The notes under the pieces were generated by a model that was not told the origin of the DNA, did not search any database, and was given only the letters and a program-made list of their open reading frames with translations. Position numbers and translations under genes: made by a program. Positions 1 through 11,379 of a stretch of DNA of 64,000 nucleotides are shown in pieces. Source of the DNA: Eledone cirrhosa (taxonomy: Eukaryota); NCBI GenBank assembly GCA_964016885.1, contig OZ024742.1, forward strand, positions 266,476,001 through 266,540,000, read 5' to 3'. How positions within the stretch are numbered: the stretch's first letter is position 1; each line of letters begins with the position of its first letter.

Positions 1-350
1 ATAGAAAGTGAAATTCTTCAACTAGTATCCTGTAATGAGGTCTGAGCCTGGTGATTTCCTATTCGACATTTTCTGTAGAGCTGTTTCCAGAATTGACCCA
101 TCTATGTCATAATGTTTTGTCTGGACATGTTGGCAGTAGTCCTATTCCAGTTCTTTTAGCCAATTAGTTTGTCTGTTGAATCCGTCACCCGTTTCCCATA
201 CAGATCTCCAGTAGCTCTCAAACTGTTCTTTTGAAGGGGTGTCATTTACAGAGATTGAGCTTTTGCCACCGAAGCTGCGATAAACTGATTTAGGATCTCT
301 GGCAAACAATCTATTTAGCACTTGTCGTTTATGTGCTGTTGACTTATATT
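1..350 (-). mobile_element. Decayed fragment of an R4/Dong-type (RLE) non-LTR retrotransposon ORF, region just N-terminal to RT
   Basis: Minus-strand peptide NRLFARDPKSVYRSF...PSKEQFESYWRSVWE...NWLKELE aligns by eye with NNMFKNNQRNFYRKI...PPKEEVQEFWEKIWA...PWI of the R4 ORF at 11546-15175; in-frame stop at 142; runs off the window edge. Confidence 0.7.
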
Positions 351-351
351 T

Positions 352-354
<3 letters not shown>

Positions 355-383
<29 letters not shown>

Positions 384-500
384 TGTATGTATGTATGTAT
401 GTATGTATGTATGTATGTATGTATGTATGTATGCATGCATGTATGTATGTATGTCTGTATGTATGTATGTATGTATGAATGTATGTATGTATGTATGTAT
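355..500. repeat. (ATGT)n microsatellite
   Basis: Read directly; same unit as the RTE 3' tails at ~991 and ~5039. Confidence 0.95.
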
Positions 501-1002
501 GGACATCCTGCAGGACTAAAAACAAAACCTGTCAAAGGGCAAAGGAGCTCTTAAGAGTCAATGGCCATACAAAATCACCGGGAGAGATGACCCCTTAGCC
601 TTTGTCAAGGCAGCATTCTAGGAGAAGGAAAACTCTGATATAACACCTGCAACCCTGATGGTATCCAATGATGTTGACTTGTTCTTCTTTTTGGTAAATA
701 TCATTTTGGTTAAGAGAGTGGGACTGGCTTTCTGCAGTGCCTTTGCTCACTATAAAAGCTTCACGGCACAGGCATTGCTTTATATCTGAAGATCTCTCTG
801 CACTTGTCGTCACATGGTACCATGGGCCCAGCACTATGTGTCAATAATTGTCACAAGTGTAGTGTTTGTACCAGAGTTTTCAAGTCGCTGGCTGGACTAA
901 AAAGTCACACTCGTTCAGCGCATCGGTAGGGGTTCTCCTAAATGGATATAAAGTAGTGGCCGTACTCGAAAACGAGTTGGCACAGCCACCATGTATGTAT
1001 GT
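499..1002 (+). mobile_element. Short non-autonomous bipartite RTE derivative (RTE 5'UTR joined to RTE 3' end)
   Basis: 590-780 resembles the 5'UTR of the adjacent RTE (1035-1232; shared ttctaggagaagg, gatgatgttga, gagagtgg, gcacaggcattg); 880-920 (gctggctggactaaaaagtcacactcg) matches the last zinc-finger codons at 4820-4850; tail ggccgtactcgaaaacgag...gcagccaccatgtatgtatg matches 5008-5050. Confidence 0.75.
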
Positions 1003-1019
1003 GTGTTATTAAAAATAAC

Positions 1020-4000
1020 ACAGCCCCACCCCCCCCTTGTCAGGGCATTCTTCTAGGAGAAGGCAACTCAGGAAACTGAGATAACTCGGACATAAAACCT
1101 GCGGCTCAGTAGTTACCGATGATGTTGATCTTTTCTTCTTTTCGGGTTATAGCTACTGTCGCTCAGAGAGTGGAATTGGCTCAGTGCACAGTCTTTTCTC
1201 ACTTTAAAAATATTCTTCACGCACAGGCATTGTAATTATTGCATTAATTAATAATTATTAATAGTGTATTATTATTACTATTAGTATTGGTATTGTTACT
1301 ATTATTATTACTTTTTTTTTTATTTTCCCAATTCAATGATGTTCCAAAACAATATAAAAGAGATAATTGGCAATAAAGGTTCTGGAACAAAAGAGATAAT
1401 TGGCAATAAGGGCTATCACAGCTTGGGCCCGCTCGTCATCGTGCCACTGTAATAGAGCCAAGCAAGGCATTTAGTCTTGGCTGCTGGAACGTACGGACGC
1501 TGTTTAACAGGGATTCCTTGGAACGTCCTGAACGAAGGACCGCTCTTGTTGCAAAGGAGCTTTGACGTTACGATCTTGACATCGTGGCTTTATCTGAGAC
1601 GAGGTTAGCTGGAGATGGTCATCTTACAGAATTTTGTGGAGAATATACATTCTTCTGGAAAGGAAGAGATGAAGGAACCAGAAGAGAGGCTGGGTAGCAT
1701 TTTCTGTTAAGACTTTTTGTGAATAAATTAGAAGAATTCCCAGTAGGGATTAGTGAGCGTCTTATGTCCATGAGAATTCCGCTGGACAAAGGAAGATATG
1801 CCACCCTGGTGAGTGTGTATGCTCCAACTATGAATTTTGTCGATGAAGAAAAAGTGTTCTTTTACCATGCCTTGAAAGGTGGTTTAAGAAATATCCCTCA
1901 AGCAGACAAAGTCATCGTGCTTGGTAACTTTGATGCTACAGTGGGTAGGGATTTTAACACATGGAAAGTAATCGGAAGGCATGGGGTGGGAAAGTGTAAC
2001 AACAATGGTATGCTCCTGCTGCAGATGTGTGAGGAGCTGGATCTGTGTGTTACCAACACCATGTTCCAACAAAAGAACAAATTTAAGACCACATGGATGC
2101 ATCCTGCATCTAAGGAATGGCATCTTTTGGACTACGTCCTAGTCAGGATGCGTGACAGATGGGATGTGCAGTGTGTTCGTGCTCTTCGTGGAGCTGAGTG
2201 CTGGACAGACCCCCGCTTGGTACACGCAAAAGTGAAACTAAACACTAAACGTAAAATCCGGGCTCCTGGTGTTGCCCTGCCCAGAAGAATGAATGCTGCT
2301 CGTCTTAGGGATAAAAATGTGAAGAGGACATTGCAAGAAGAGATGCAGGTTGCAGATCTTGGTGAGGATTGGCCGACCCTTAACAAGTCGGTTCATGATG
2401 TAGGCAGGCGTGTTCTGGGATTGGTGCAGAGAAAACATCAGGACTGGTTTAATGAGAATGATGAACATATAGAAGACTTGTTGGCTGATAAGAGGCGTGC
2501 TCTGTCACGCTACTTGACGGCAAAACCACAGGAGAAGAATATGTTGCATAAGGAACCCAAGGATGTGAAATCACGTATTAGGCGGAGTGTTTCTCAGATG
2601 AAGGATCAGTGGTGGAGTGAGAAGGCTGATGAGATACAAACTGCGTCAGATTCCAATAACATAAAGCTGTTGTACAGTCTCTTGCGTGAAGTTTATGGAC
2701 CGTCTTCTTCTCTGGTGAGACCGCTTCGCAGCAAGCATGGCAAAGAACTTCTTCGTGACTCACAAGGAATTCTACGAAGGTGGTGAGAGCACTTTCATGA
2801 GCTTTTGAATCAGCCGTCTGTCGTCCATGAAGATTTCCTCAATCTCATTCCAGAAAGTCCTGTGAAAGTAGCTCTCGCAGAACATCCGACGCTTGTGGAG
2901 GTTGCAGTGGCTATCTCAAAGCTGAACAGTGGAAGGTCTCCCGGTATGGATGGTATACATTCAGAGCTCCTACAATATGGTGGTGAGGGACTCCTGCAAC
3001 ATCTTCACTCTTTGTTTGGTAGGATATGGGCTAATGAATCCGTACCTGAGGACTGGAGAGATGCAGTAATGGTGGTCTTGTACAAGGGAAAGGGTAACAG
3101 GAATGATTGTGGGAATTACAGAGGTATATCATTGCTTTCTGTCGTAGGGAAAGTTTTATGTAGGGTGCTTCTGGACCGCTGCTCACACACATTGCAGATT
3201 GTGTTCTTCCTGAAAGTCAATCTGGTTTTCGTGCTGGACGCGGCACTACTGATATGATCTTCTCAGCTAGACAGCTCCAGGAGAAGTGCATGGAACAAGG
3301 TTTGGATCTGTATCAGGTTTTTGTCGATCTGACAAAAGCTTTCGATACTGTTAACAGAAATGCATTATGGAAGGTTCTCCAGAAACTTGGTTGTCCTGAT
3401 AAGTTCCTTGCTTTAGTTAGGTCTTTCCATGACGACATGAAGGATTGGGTTAATGTCGGAGGTAACATGTCGGATCCTATCTCAGTAAAAAATGGAGTGA
3501 AACAAGGGGATATTCCAGCACCGACCCTGTTTGCCATATACTTTGCAATGGTTTTCTATATTGCATTCAGGAATTGCGAGCATGGTGTTTACATCCGATA
3601 TCGAACCTCAGGCAGCATATTTAACATCAGGCGCTTTGCTGCAAAAACAAAAGTATTTACATCAATCATAAGAGACCTCTTGTATGCAGATGATTGCGAT
3701 CTTGTAGCGCACACAGAGAGTGATGTGCAGCACATTTTGAATGCATTTTCTGATGCTTCCACTGCCCTAGGATTGACTGTCAGTCTCAAGAAAACCGTCG
3801 TCATGTACCAACCTGCCCCTGGTAAGCAGTACAGTGAACCAAATATCTATGTGTATGGTAAACGACTTAGAGTGGTTGATCAGTTTGTCTACCTGGGAAG
3901 CACTGTCAATCGATACAGCAACCTTGATAATGAAATCCCACTCAGGATTAGGAAAGCATGTGAAGCTTTCGGAAAGCTAGAAAGGCGACTCTGGGGTCGG

Positions 4001-5050
4001 CGAGACATATGCAAGAAGACAAAGGTAAAGGTGTACAAGGCATGTGTGCTGTCTTCTCTTCTTTATGCCTGCGAGACCTGGGTCACATATCGACACCACC
4101 TTAAGCATTTGGAGCGTTTCCATCAGATGTGTCTCAGACGAATCCATGGCGTTCACTGGAGGGACCACATCAGTGATGTCGAGATTTTGGAAAGCTCTCT
4201 GTGTGACAATATAGAAGCTCTTGTGCTTAAGCAACGACTCCGTTGGAGTGGTCACCTTGCCAGGATGAAGGATTCTAGAATACCAAAACAACTCTTTTAT
4301 GAGTTAGTTAAAGGAAAACGACCGCCACATAAACCAAAAAAGAGGTATAAGGATTTCTTGAAAGCCTTTTTTAAAGACGCTAACATCTCTGCTGATACAT
4401 GGGAAAATGTTGCTGCTGATCGTAATAAATGGAGAAAGACTGTATATGAGGGAAAAGTTGCCTTTGAGGCATCTCGAATCGCATACGAGAAAGTAAGGCG
4501 GGATGTGAGGAAGGGCATTGCAGCTGCATTTCCAGACGGCGAAGGTCCTCCTATGGTGCTGACATGCAGCGTCTGTGCGAGACTCTGCCTAAGCAAAGCT
4601 GGACTCGAAAGTCATCTTCGTAGTCATAAAGTGAGACCAGTGGTTAATTACCAGGCTGCTGTTGGGGATGCTACTCATCATGCTTGCCAAGCATGTGGTA
4701 GAGAATGCAAATCAGCAGGAGGGCTCAAGCGACATGCAAAAGTACACGAACTCCAACCACAGCCGACTATTCCCAGTAAATGTTTTGGTTGCCAACTCTG
4801 TGCAAGACATTTTAGATCATTAGCTGGGCTAAAAAGCCACATTCGATCGCAGCGCTGTTAATTGCTATCGTGTGTGTGTGTGTATAGATATGTTTATGTG
4901 TGCGCGTGTGTATATATATATGTATATTATTATTGTTGTTGTCGTTATTATTATTGTTGTTATTATTATTATTATTGTTATTATTATGTTTTTTTTTCTC
5001 GTGCAATGGCTATATTCGATAACGAGGGGGCAGCCATCATGTATGTATGT
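1020..5050 (+). mobile_element. Near full-length, mutated RTE-clade LINE with (ATGT)n tail
   Basis: APE endonuclease motifs (LGCWNVRTL ~1477, SVYAPT, GNFDATVG, TWMHP, HLLDYVLVR), RT motifs (FVDLTKAFD, GVKQG, LLYADDC, FVYLGS), LRWSGHLARM, three C2H2 fingers. Confidence 0.93.
1470..4861 (+). pseudogene. RTE ORF (APE-RT-3xC2H2), disrupted
   Basis: Split over ORFs 1719-2786, 2805-3257 and 3254-4861 by stops (~1564, ~1695, 2784) and a frameshift near 3180. Confidence 0.88.
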
Positions 5051-5605
5051 CTGTGTGTATGTGTGTGTGTGTGTTTTGAAAAAAGTGTGGACGTTAGAAA
5101 ACGTTCTATACTGATCATGTTATATAAGGAAAATGATAAAAAAAGGGGTTTGAAAAGCTCACCTGGGATATATATAAAGGGTCTTTATAACATGTTCACA
5201 CATTGATGTTAAAAATTGATGTTTATCAAAGCCTGCTTTCTGTATATTAGATTATCAAAACATTTGTTATTAGGTTAAATTGTTTTTCTCGTTAAAACTT
5301 CTGCATTTTGATTCTCGACCACATTGATTTAGGTCACTCTGTCCTTGCTAAAGTAACAGATAGAGCTGATTTTTTCGTTGTCGCTTGTGTGTAGAAAAAT
5401 TATAATCTGTGACAAGAGTTGTAACTCTACCTTCATTCAGTGTTGAAAGATTATGTTGCAAGTGAGTTTAATCTGGGTTTGAATTTTCTGATAAAGATTT
5501 TTTCTTTATTAATTCGACCTTGTTCTGTGGTTTCATAACTGCCTTGGTACAATGGGAAAACATCGAAGTTCGGTATACTCTTCTTCTTATGTTTTTAACC
5601 TGCAG

Positions 5606-5712
5606 CCGTCAACTTGATGCTGCTCAAAAGGAATAATAAACATGGAGGGCCAGTGAAGATACAGGAGCTGCCTCACACTCCAGGCCATACTGTAAACGAA
5701 AAAGGAGTATAA
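5606..5712 (+). CDS. Putative terminal coding exon of a host gene, copy 1 (VNLMLLKRNNKHGGPVKIQELPHTPGHTVNEKGV*)
   Basis: Pyrimidine tract + ttaac + CAG acceptor ending 5605, open to TAA at 5710-5712; ~90% identical to 62170-62276 with no indels. Confidence 0.5.
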
Positions 5713-5766
5713 TGGATATAACAAGAATTTGCTATTTTCTCACCAACAACTGATAGTATATGGAGT

Positions 5767-8700
5767 TCAGCGGACGACGCTGTTGGACGGCATGGACCTG
5801 CCTCTCCAGGTGCCGAGCTGCAGACCCACCGACTTTTCCTGGTTGATCATTGCTCCTGTCACCGCTTCGTTTCTCTTAGTGTAGTGCCGATCGCCTCGAT
5901 GTGTTTGGCGTTCGACACCACTACGGTGAGATTGTCCGCATATGCTGACACGGATCTTCCGCATCCTAGTTCGCGCGGGATCCCCCCTCAACGTCTCCAG
6001 TTGATACGTACAAGAAGGACGAGAGGGGACATCCTTGGCGGACCGAGCACATGATGTTGAACCGTTCCGAAAGGTGACCTTTCAATCTCACCACAGAGCA
6101 GATGTCGCTGTGCATGGCAGCGATCCAGCCTCTGAAGACGGGCCCAAAGCCAGCCGCCTTCAGGACTGTCGCCAGATAACGATGATCGACCCTATCGAAA
6201 GCTTTCGACTGATCTAAATTGATCAAGGACCCACCCGTGCTAGGTTCCCTAGCTACCCTCTCCACGATGTATCGCATGAGGTGGAAGTTGTCGTGGATGG
6301 ATCTGTCTGGAATGGCGCATGTCTGCGCCTCTCCCACCAGACTACCAACGACAAGCGCCAACCTCTTTGCTAGCATCTTGGCCAAAATCTTGAACTCTGT
6401 GTTTAGCAGAGTTATGGGCCTGAAATTATCTATGCTATCCCCCTTGTTCGGATCCTTTCTCAGCAGCGCCACCGCTCCTCGGCTCACAGAGCTGGGAATT
6501 CTCACGTTCTGTTACCAGTTGCAGTAGACGTCCGCCAAGAGGCCTCTGAACAAGTCTGGCATTTGTACGTAAAGTTCATAGGGCAGACCATCCAAACCAA
6601 GCGATTTACCCCTTGTGCAGCGAGTCATTGCCTCCCGTACTTCAGCGGCTGTTATCGGCTTTTCGCAACACTCCGCCTCAGTGGCTGAGAGCCCCAGCAG
6701 TACGTCGAGGTAGGCACTGAATTTCATCCCTCGATCCGGCCCGCTGCTGCCCCCGAAGAGCTGAGCGAAGTGTCGCTGAAAAGCTTCACACATTTGCCCC
6801 GGGATCGAGTAGCATATGCCCGTCGTGGTTCTCCAAAGACCGGATCGTGGCTTTGTTTCCACGACGCGCCTCCGCCACTCAGAGAGTGTCTGAGAGCACG
6901 CACCCTAGCTCTGACAACGCAGCCTTCGTGCTTTGCATTGAAGAATTGGTCAAGGGCCAATTTCGTCGCAAGTACGTCGGTCGCGATGCCATTACTAAGA
7001 GTCTCGTCTAATTTTCTAACTAGTTCTCCCTCTGCTCTATTTTTCTCTATTGCTAAAGTCTTACTAAACCTAATGGACTCTATTCTAATCGCGCTTTTCA
7101 GAGCAAACCACCATTTGTTGTTGACGATGGCCCCCGTCAACGCCCGCTTAACTAATTCGCTAATCCCGTCTCTGTAGGCCTTGCGCGCTGTTAATGACGC
7201 GTTTAGCTTCCAGTAGCCGGGTCCCTGTCTATGAAGCCTATCTAAGTCAACCTCAAAGATCAGGAATCTGTGGTCCGAGTAGTCGACTATTTTGAGATGT
7301 GGACAGCCTATGCTAGATCTATCTATTTCCCTACAAAATACCCTATCTAGATATGATCTGGATGACCCGATGCGGTTTGTCCATGTCCACATTGGCACAT
7401 TCGGGAAATCCAGACGGTACCTGTCAGACAATTGAAACCGTCTGAGTAGGTTTGCGAGGCTTTTACACCCTCCTCCCCTATCCGCTAATATCACACAGTC
7501 CCAGCGTACATCTAAGATCCCGTTCCAGTCGCCCACTAACAATAAAGAGCTGGACGTTCCAAGAAAGGTCTCCAGACGCCGGAAGAAATCAGGCCGCCCT
7601 GCTCCTGTCGGGGCATAGACGGCCACTAGCCTGAAAGTTTGGCCGTCTCCGCTGGTCACATCCAGCACCACCAACTTACCTTCTGGGTCCAGGAAGATGG
7701 CTTGTATGGTGAGATCCAAACCTCTCCGAAAAAGCACAGCAACTCCCCCCCCCGATCCAGGACAGCTGGGAGATGCGTACACATCGTAGCCGCCGAAGAT
7801 CGGTGCGAATGAGATTCTGGTCTCGCTGATGGCCACTACAACTATGTTTAGTGACCTGAGGTCGTTGAGCAGGTGGCCCTGCTTCCATGAAGACCCCATG
7901 CCACGCGCATTTAAGTTCCTATTCTGAGTGAGGTCATGTTGAAAAGGATGGAAAAAGATGGGAAAGACCACTTACCTCACATCTCGTAGGGGGAGGATGG
8001 TTTTTCCATCCTTCTCACTGCTTGTGGCCTCCTCCGGAAGGATGTCTTTATAAATCCTCCTGGAGAGTGTTTGTCGGATGTCTCCGATGTCCTTGGGGAA
8101 TTTTTGTTTTAGTGTCGTGTACGCTTTCTGTGTGATGCGAGTGATTTATATGTGTGGTGGTGGTGTGAACTTTTGGGGTATTGTGTAGTCTTTTTCTGTG
8201 ATGCTGGTGTTGTGTTGGATGTAGTGTAATAATTGGTTGTTGTTCAAATTTAATTGTTTCTACGTTAGGCACAAGGCCAGCAATTACCAAGTGTATTACT
8301 GGTACTTTATTTTATCGACCCCGTAAGGATGAAAGGCAAAGTTAACCTCGGCGGGATTTGATCTCAGAATGGCAAGGGCTGTAACTCTATGCGTCAAAGC
8401 ATGGCGTCCGACCCTCTACCAATACTGCCAATCCACCGCCCTCATGCCCCCTCGGTTGTTGTTCAAATTTAATGCTGTGTAGTGTGTATCGTTTTGATTG
8501 TTTTGTTTTCTTTGCGTTTGTTGTGGGTTTGTTTCTGTTTCGCTTTTTGGTGATTTTGGGGTTAATGATGGTGATGGTGTTTGTTGTGATAGGGCTGGTG
8601 ATGTTGGGGTGGGTGGTGGCATATCTGTCTTAACGTTTTTGTTTGTTTGTTTATTTGTTTCCCCATGCATTTTGTTTTTGGAAGGCGAAGAAAGAGGATT

Positions 8701-10200
8701 TTTCCTTTTTGGGATTCTTTTTCTTTTTTTCTTTTTTCCTGATACCGTTTCCACTCCTCGTCGTCACAATCTGTCTCCAGTTGCGATAGGTCGGGGAGTG
8801 GAAAATCCTCCACAGGCGTTGGTTTTGGTTGTGGCGTGGTGGATGGTGGAGCCGCTGGTGCTAATTCTGGCGCGGTGTGTGGTGGTGTTGGTTTTGCTAC
8901 TGTTGCTGGGGTTGCTGCTGCCACAGTTGCTTCTGTTGTTGTTGCTACAGTTGTTGCTGCCATTTCTGCTGCAGGTGGTTTTGATGGTTGTGTCACTGGG
9001 CTGGGTAGGAGAGGTGGCCTAAACTTTTTAGCCTGAGAGCAGAAAGCCTTTAGGTGGGTTCCTTCACCACAAACAACACACCTAGGCATTCTACCCGCAA
9101 CGATTACGGTGAGGTGGCTGCCGTCATTCAGGTCTATCACCCCTGGAATTTCCTCAATGTTTTTTGGTTTCGCTTGGATCAGGAGCTCCATCCCAGATCC
9201 GGACCATTTCTCCTGCTTTTCTATTGTTACCTCAATTATTTTAGTGTTAGCCAGTGAATTTCGATGGCCGGCGGAATGTGGGTCACCCTGATCTTGACGA
9301 GTCTCTGGCCACAATAGCTTGGGACGAGTGTAAAGTCGTCACTTCTTAATGGGGCCATGGAGTGCTCTCTGGCTTCCTGTGGTGTTCGAAAGAACATGTC
9401 TACGGTTCCATATTTCTGCCTACGTCTGATGTAGGGTTTTTTCGCCCACACATGTCCCAAAGTTTTTGTATTTGGGACTCGGCGTGATTTTGTGTCTATC
9501 GTCCGATATGACACGGTGCATAGGCGCAGATGCTCTATTTCATTAGATGGCGAGGTGAGGCTGACCCTGTACCCATCTTTTTTTACCATTCGCTTGGCTT
9601 CATTTAATTCACCCTGGCTTACCTCGATTGTTTCGCTTTTCTTGGCTGCTTTGGCAACCGACACATTTTGTTTTGCGCTGGTGTTGATGTTGTTGTATTC
9701 TCATTGTTGTTGTTGTTGCTGTTGTTGTTATTGTTATTTTTGTTATTGTTATTTTTAGTTTCAGTTGTGGTGGTGGTGGTGGTGGTGTCAGTGGTGTTCG
9801 GCGTAGAAGAGTCGATTCTGGGTGAATCCATTTCGATGTCACGAGATAATAATTTATTTTTGTTTCTGTTGTCGCTGTGGTGGTGGTGATGGTGGTGGTA
9901 TCAGTGGTGTGGTTGTTCTTTTTGACATTGTGAATGTGGGGATGGCGGCTTTAACACCTGTAGTTGTTGGTAATGGCGAGAAATCCATGTCTGTATGCGG
10001 CAAATTTAAATAATTGAGACTGCTATTAATTATATTTTCAGTGTTGGCAACTGTGGCAAGGTTTACAATGGTGGTGGTGGTGGGGGATGTTAGTCTGTTA
10101 GAAAGAGAAGATTTGTCGTCTATGTTTTGTTTTCAAAAATATTTTGTTTGATAAATAAAAAGTTTAAATTTTGGGCTCAAGGCCCCAATATTATTGAGTG
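5767..10200 (-). mobile_element. Tx1/L1-clade LINE, ORF1 + ORF2, frameshifted and 3'-truncated
   Basis: ORF1 pieces 9236-9664 and 8562-9314 with CCHC knuckle CVVCGEGTHLKAFC; ORF2 APE (NLNARG, AISETR, AVYAP, LVGDWN, SYLDR, YSDH, GPGYWKLN) and RT (NFRPITLLNTEFKILAK, LDQSKAFDRV, VRQGCPLS). Confidence 0.92.
8255..8453 (-). mobile_element. tRNA-derived SINE inserted in Tx1 ORF1, with 20-bp target-site duplication
   Basis: TSD ggttgttgttcaaatttaat at 8235-8254 and 8454-8473; A/B-box-like head on minus strand; body tttatcgacccc...ggatgaaaggcaaagtt recurs at 26944, 29150 and 58820. Confidence 0.88.
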
Positions 10201-10206
10201 TCCTTT

Positions 10207-10402
10207 TCAGAAAGCAATATATGTGAACTTATAAACACTTAACAACAAGCATTTTCCATAACTGCAATTTGAAACACCTGAAAGCAACAAACCTTTGTGG
10301 AGCTCACGATAATACGATTTCCTACATATAATAATAATAATAATTGTTTCTACTTTTGGCACAAGGCCAGCAATCACCCAGTACATTACTGGTACTTTAT
10401 TT

Positions 10403-10456
<54 letters not shown>

Positions 10457-11230
10457 TAAAGCAATATATATGAGCTTATAAATACTTAACAACAAAAATT
10501 TTCCATAACTGGCAATTTGAAACAACTGAAAACAACAATTCTTAGCACAAATGTTGCATAAAGGCACCGAATGAGGTCCCATAAAGTTTCGGATCCATAT
10601 TATATTGTTGTATCGCTCAAATATTCAATTTTGTATTATATATTTTGTATTCAAAAAAAGAAAATGGTTATAAATGGAACAAAACACTCTCTGTCTACAC
10701 TATATAGAACAGCAGCAATTTCAATTTCACCAACACCAGAAACTTGATACACTACCTATCCCATCACACTAAATATAACAGCCAGATAACGGCAATTTCA
10801 CCAGCATCATAATAATAATTACTATTACTATTGTCTCAAATTTTACGGGAATATGTTAACACAAAATATAATAAAAATATATATTAAACATACGAACACA
10901 AACTCATAGATACTATATCAGTAACCACAACACCACCGCTGCCACCACCCCACCACATCCATCATCGCCGCCACCACTCATTCAATGCTACTGACACTAT
11001 TCCCCTGTTAACTTGAGAGAGAAAAGGGAAGGTGGCGGTATCACTAGACAAGAGAGAGGCTAGCAAAAGATATAAATAGATTGACTTGGTGACCTTGCCA
11101 CCGGCCAAACGTCTACTTCAACAATTATGGGACTGCTGGCTCACCCCTTCCTCACCAACAATATAAAAAGCCCCGGCACCACCACCGACATAGCCAACAA
11201 CAATAACAGCCAACTACAACAAAAAGTATA
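10207..11230 (+). repeat. Unclassified repeat: ~80-bp direct duplication (10210-10290 vs 10458-10538) around a SINE 3' fragment and (AAT)n, followed by ACC-rich sequence
   Basis: aagcaatatat...cttaacaacaa...ttccataact...caatttgaaaca seen twice; 10620-10670 is similar to the reverse complement of 23100-23160. Confidence 0.5.
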
Positions 11231-11379
11231 TTATATTATTGTAATGCACTGGGTGATTGCTGGCCTTGTGCCTGGAGTGGAGACAATTATTAATAATTTC
11301 ATTCTTAAGCCACGCAATGCTCACATTAAGGAACCACTCATGATAATAACAATTTAAAAAAAAACAACAAAAAGAAAAC

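Noticed and set aside
6770-9022. Plus-strand ORFs over the Tx1 element
   Set aside because: Antisense shadows of LINE coding or low-complexity sequence
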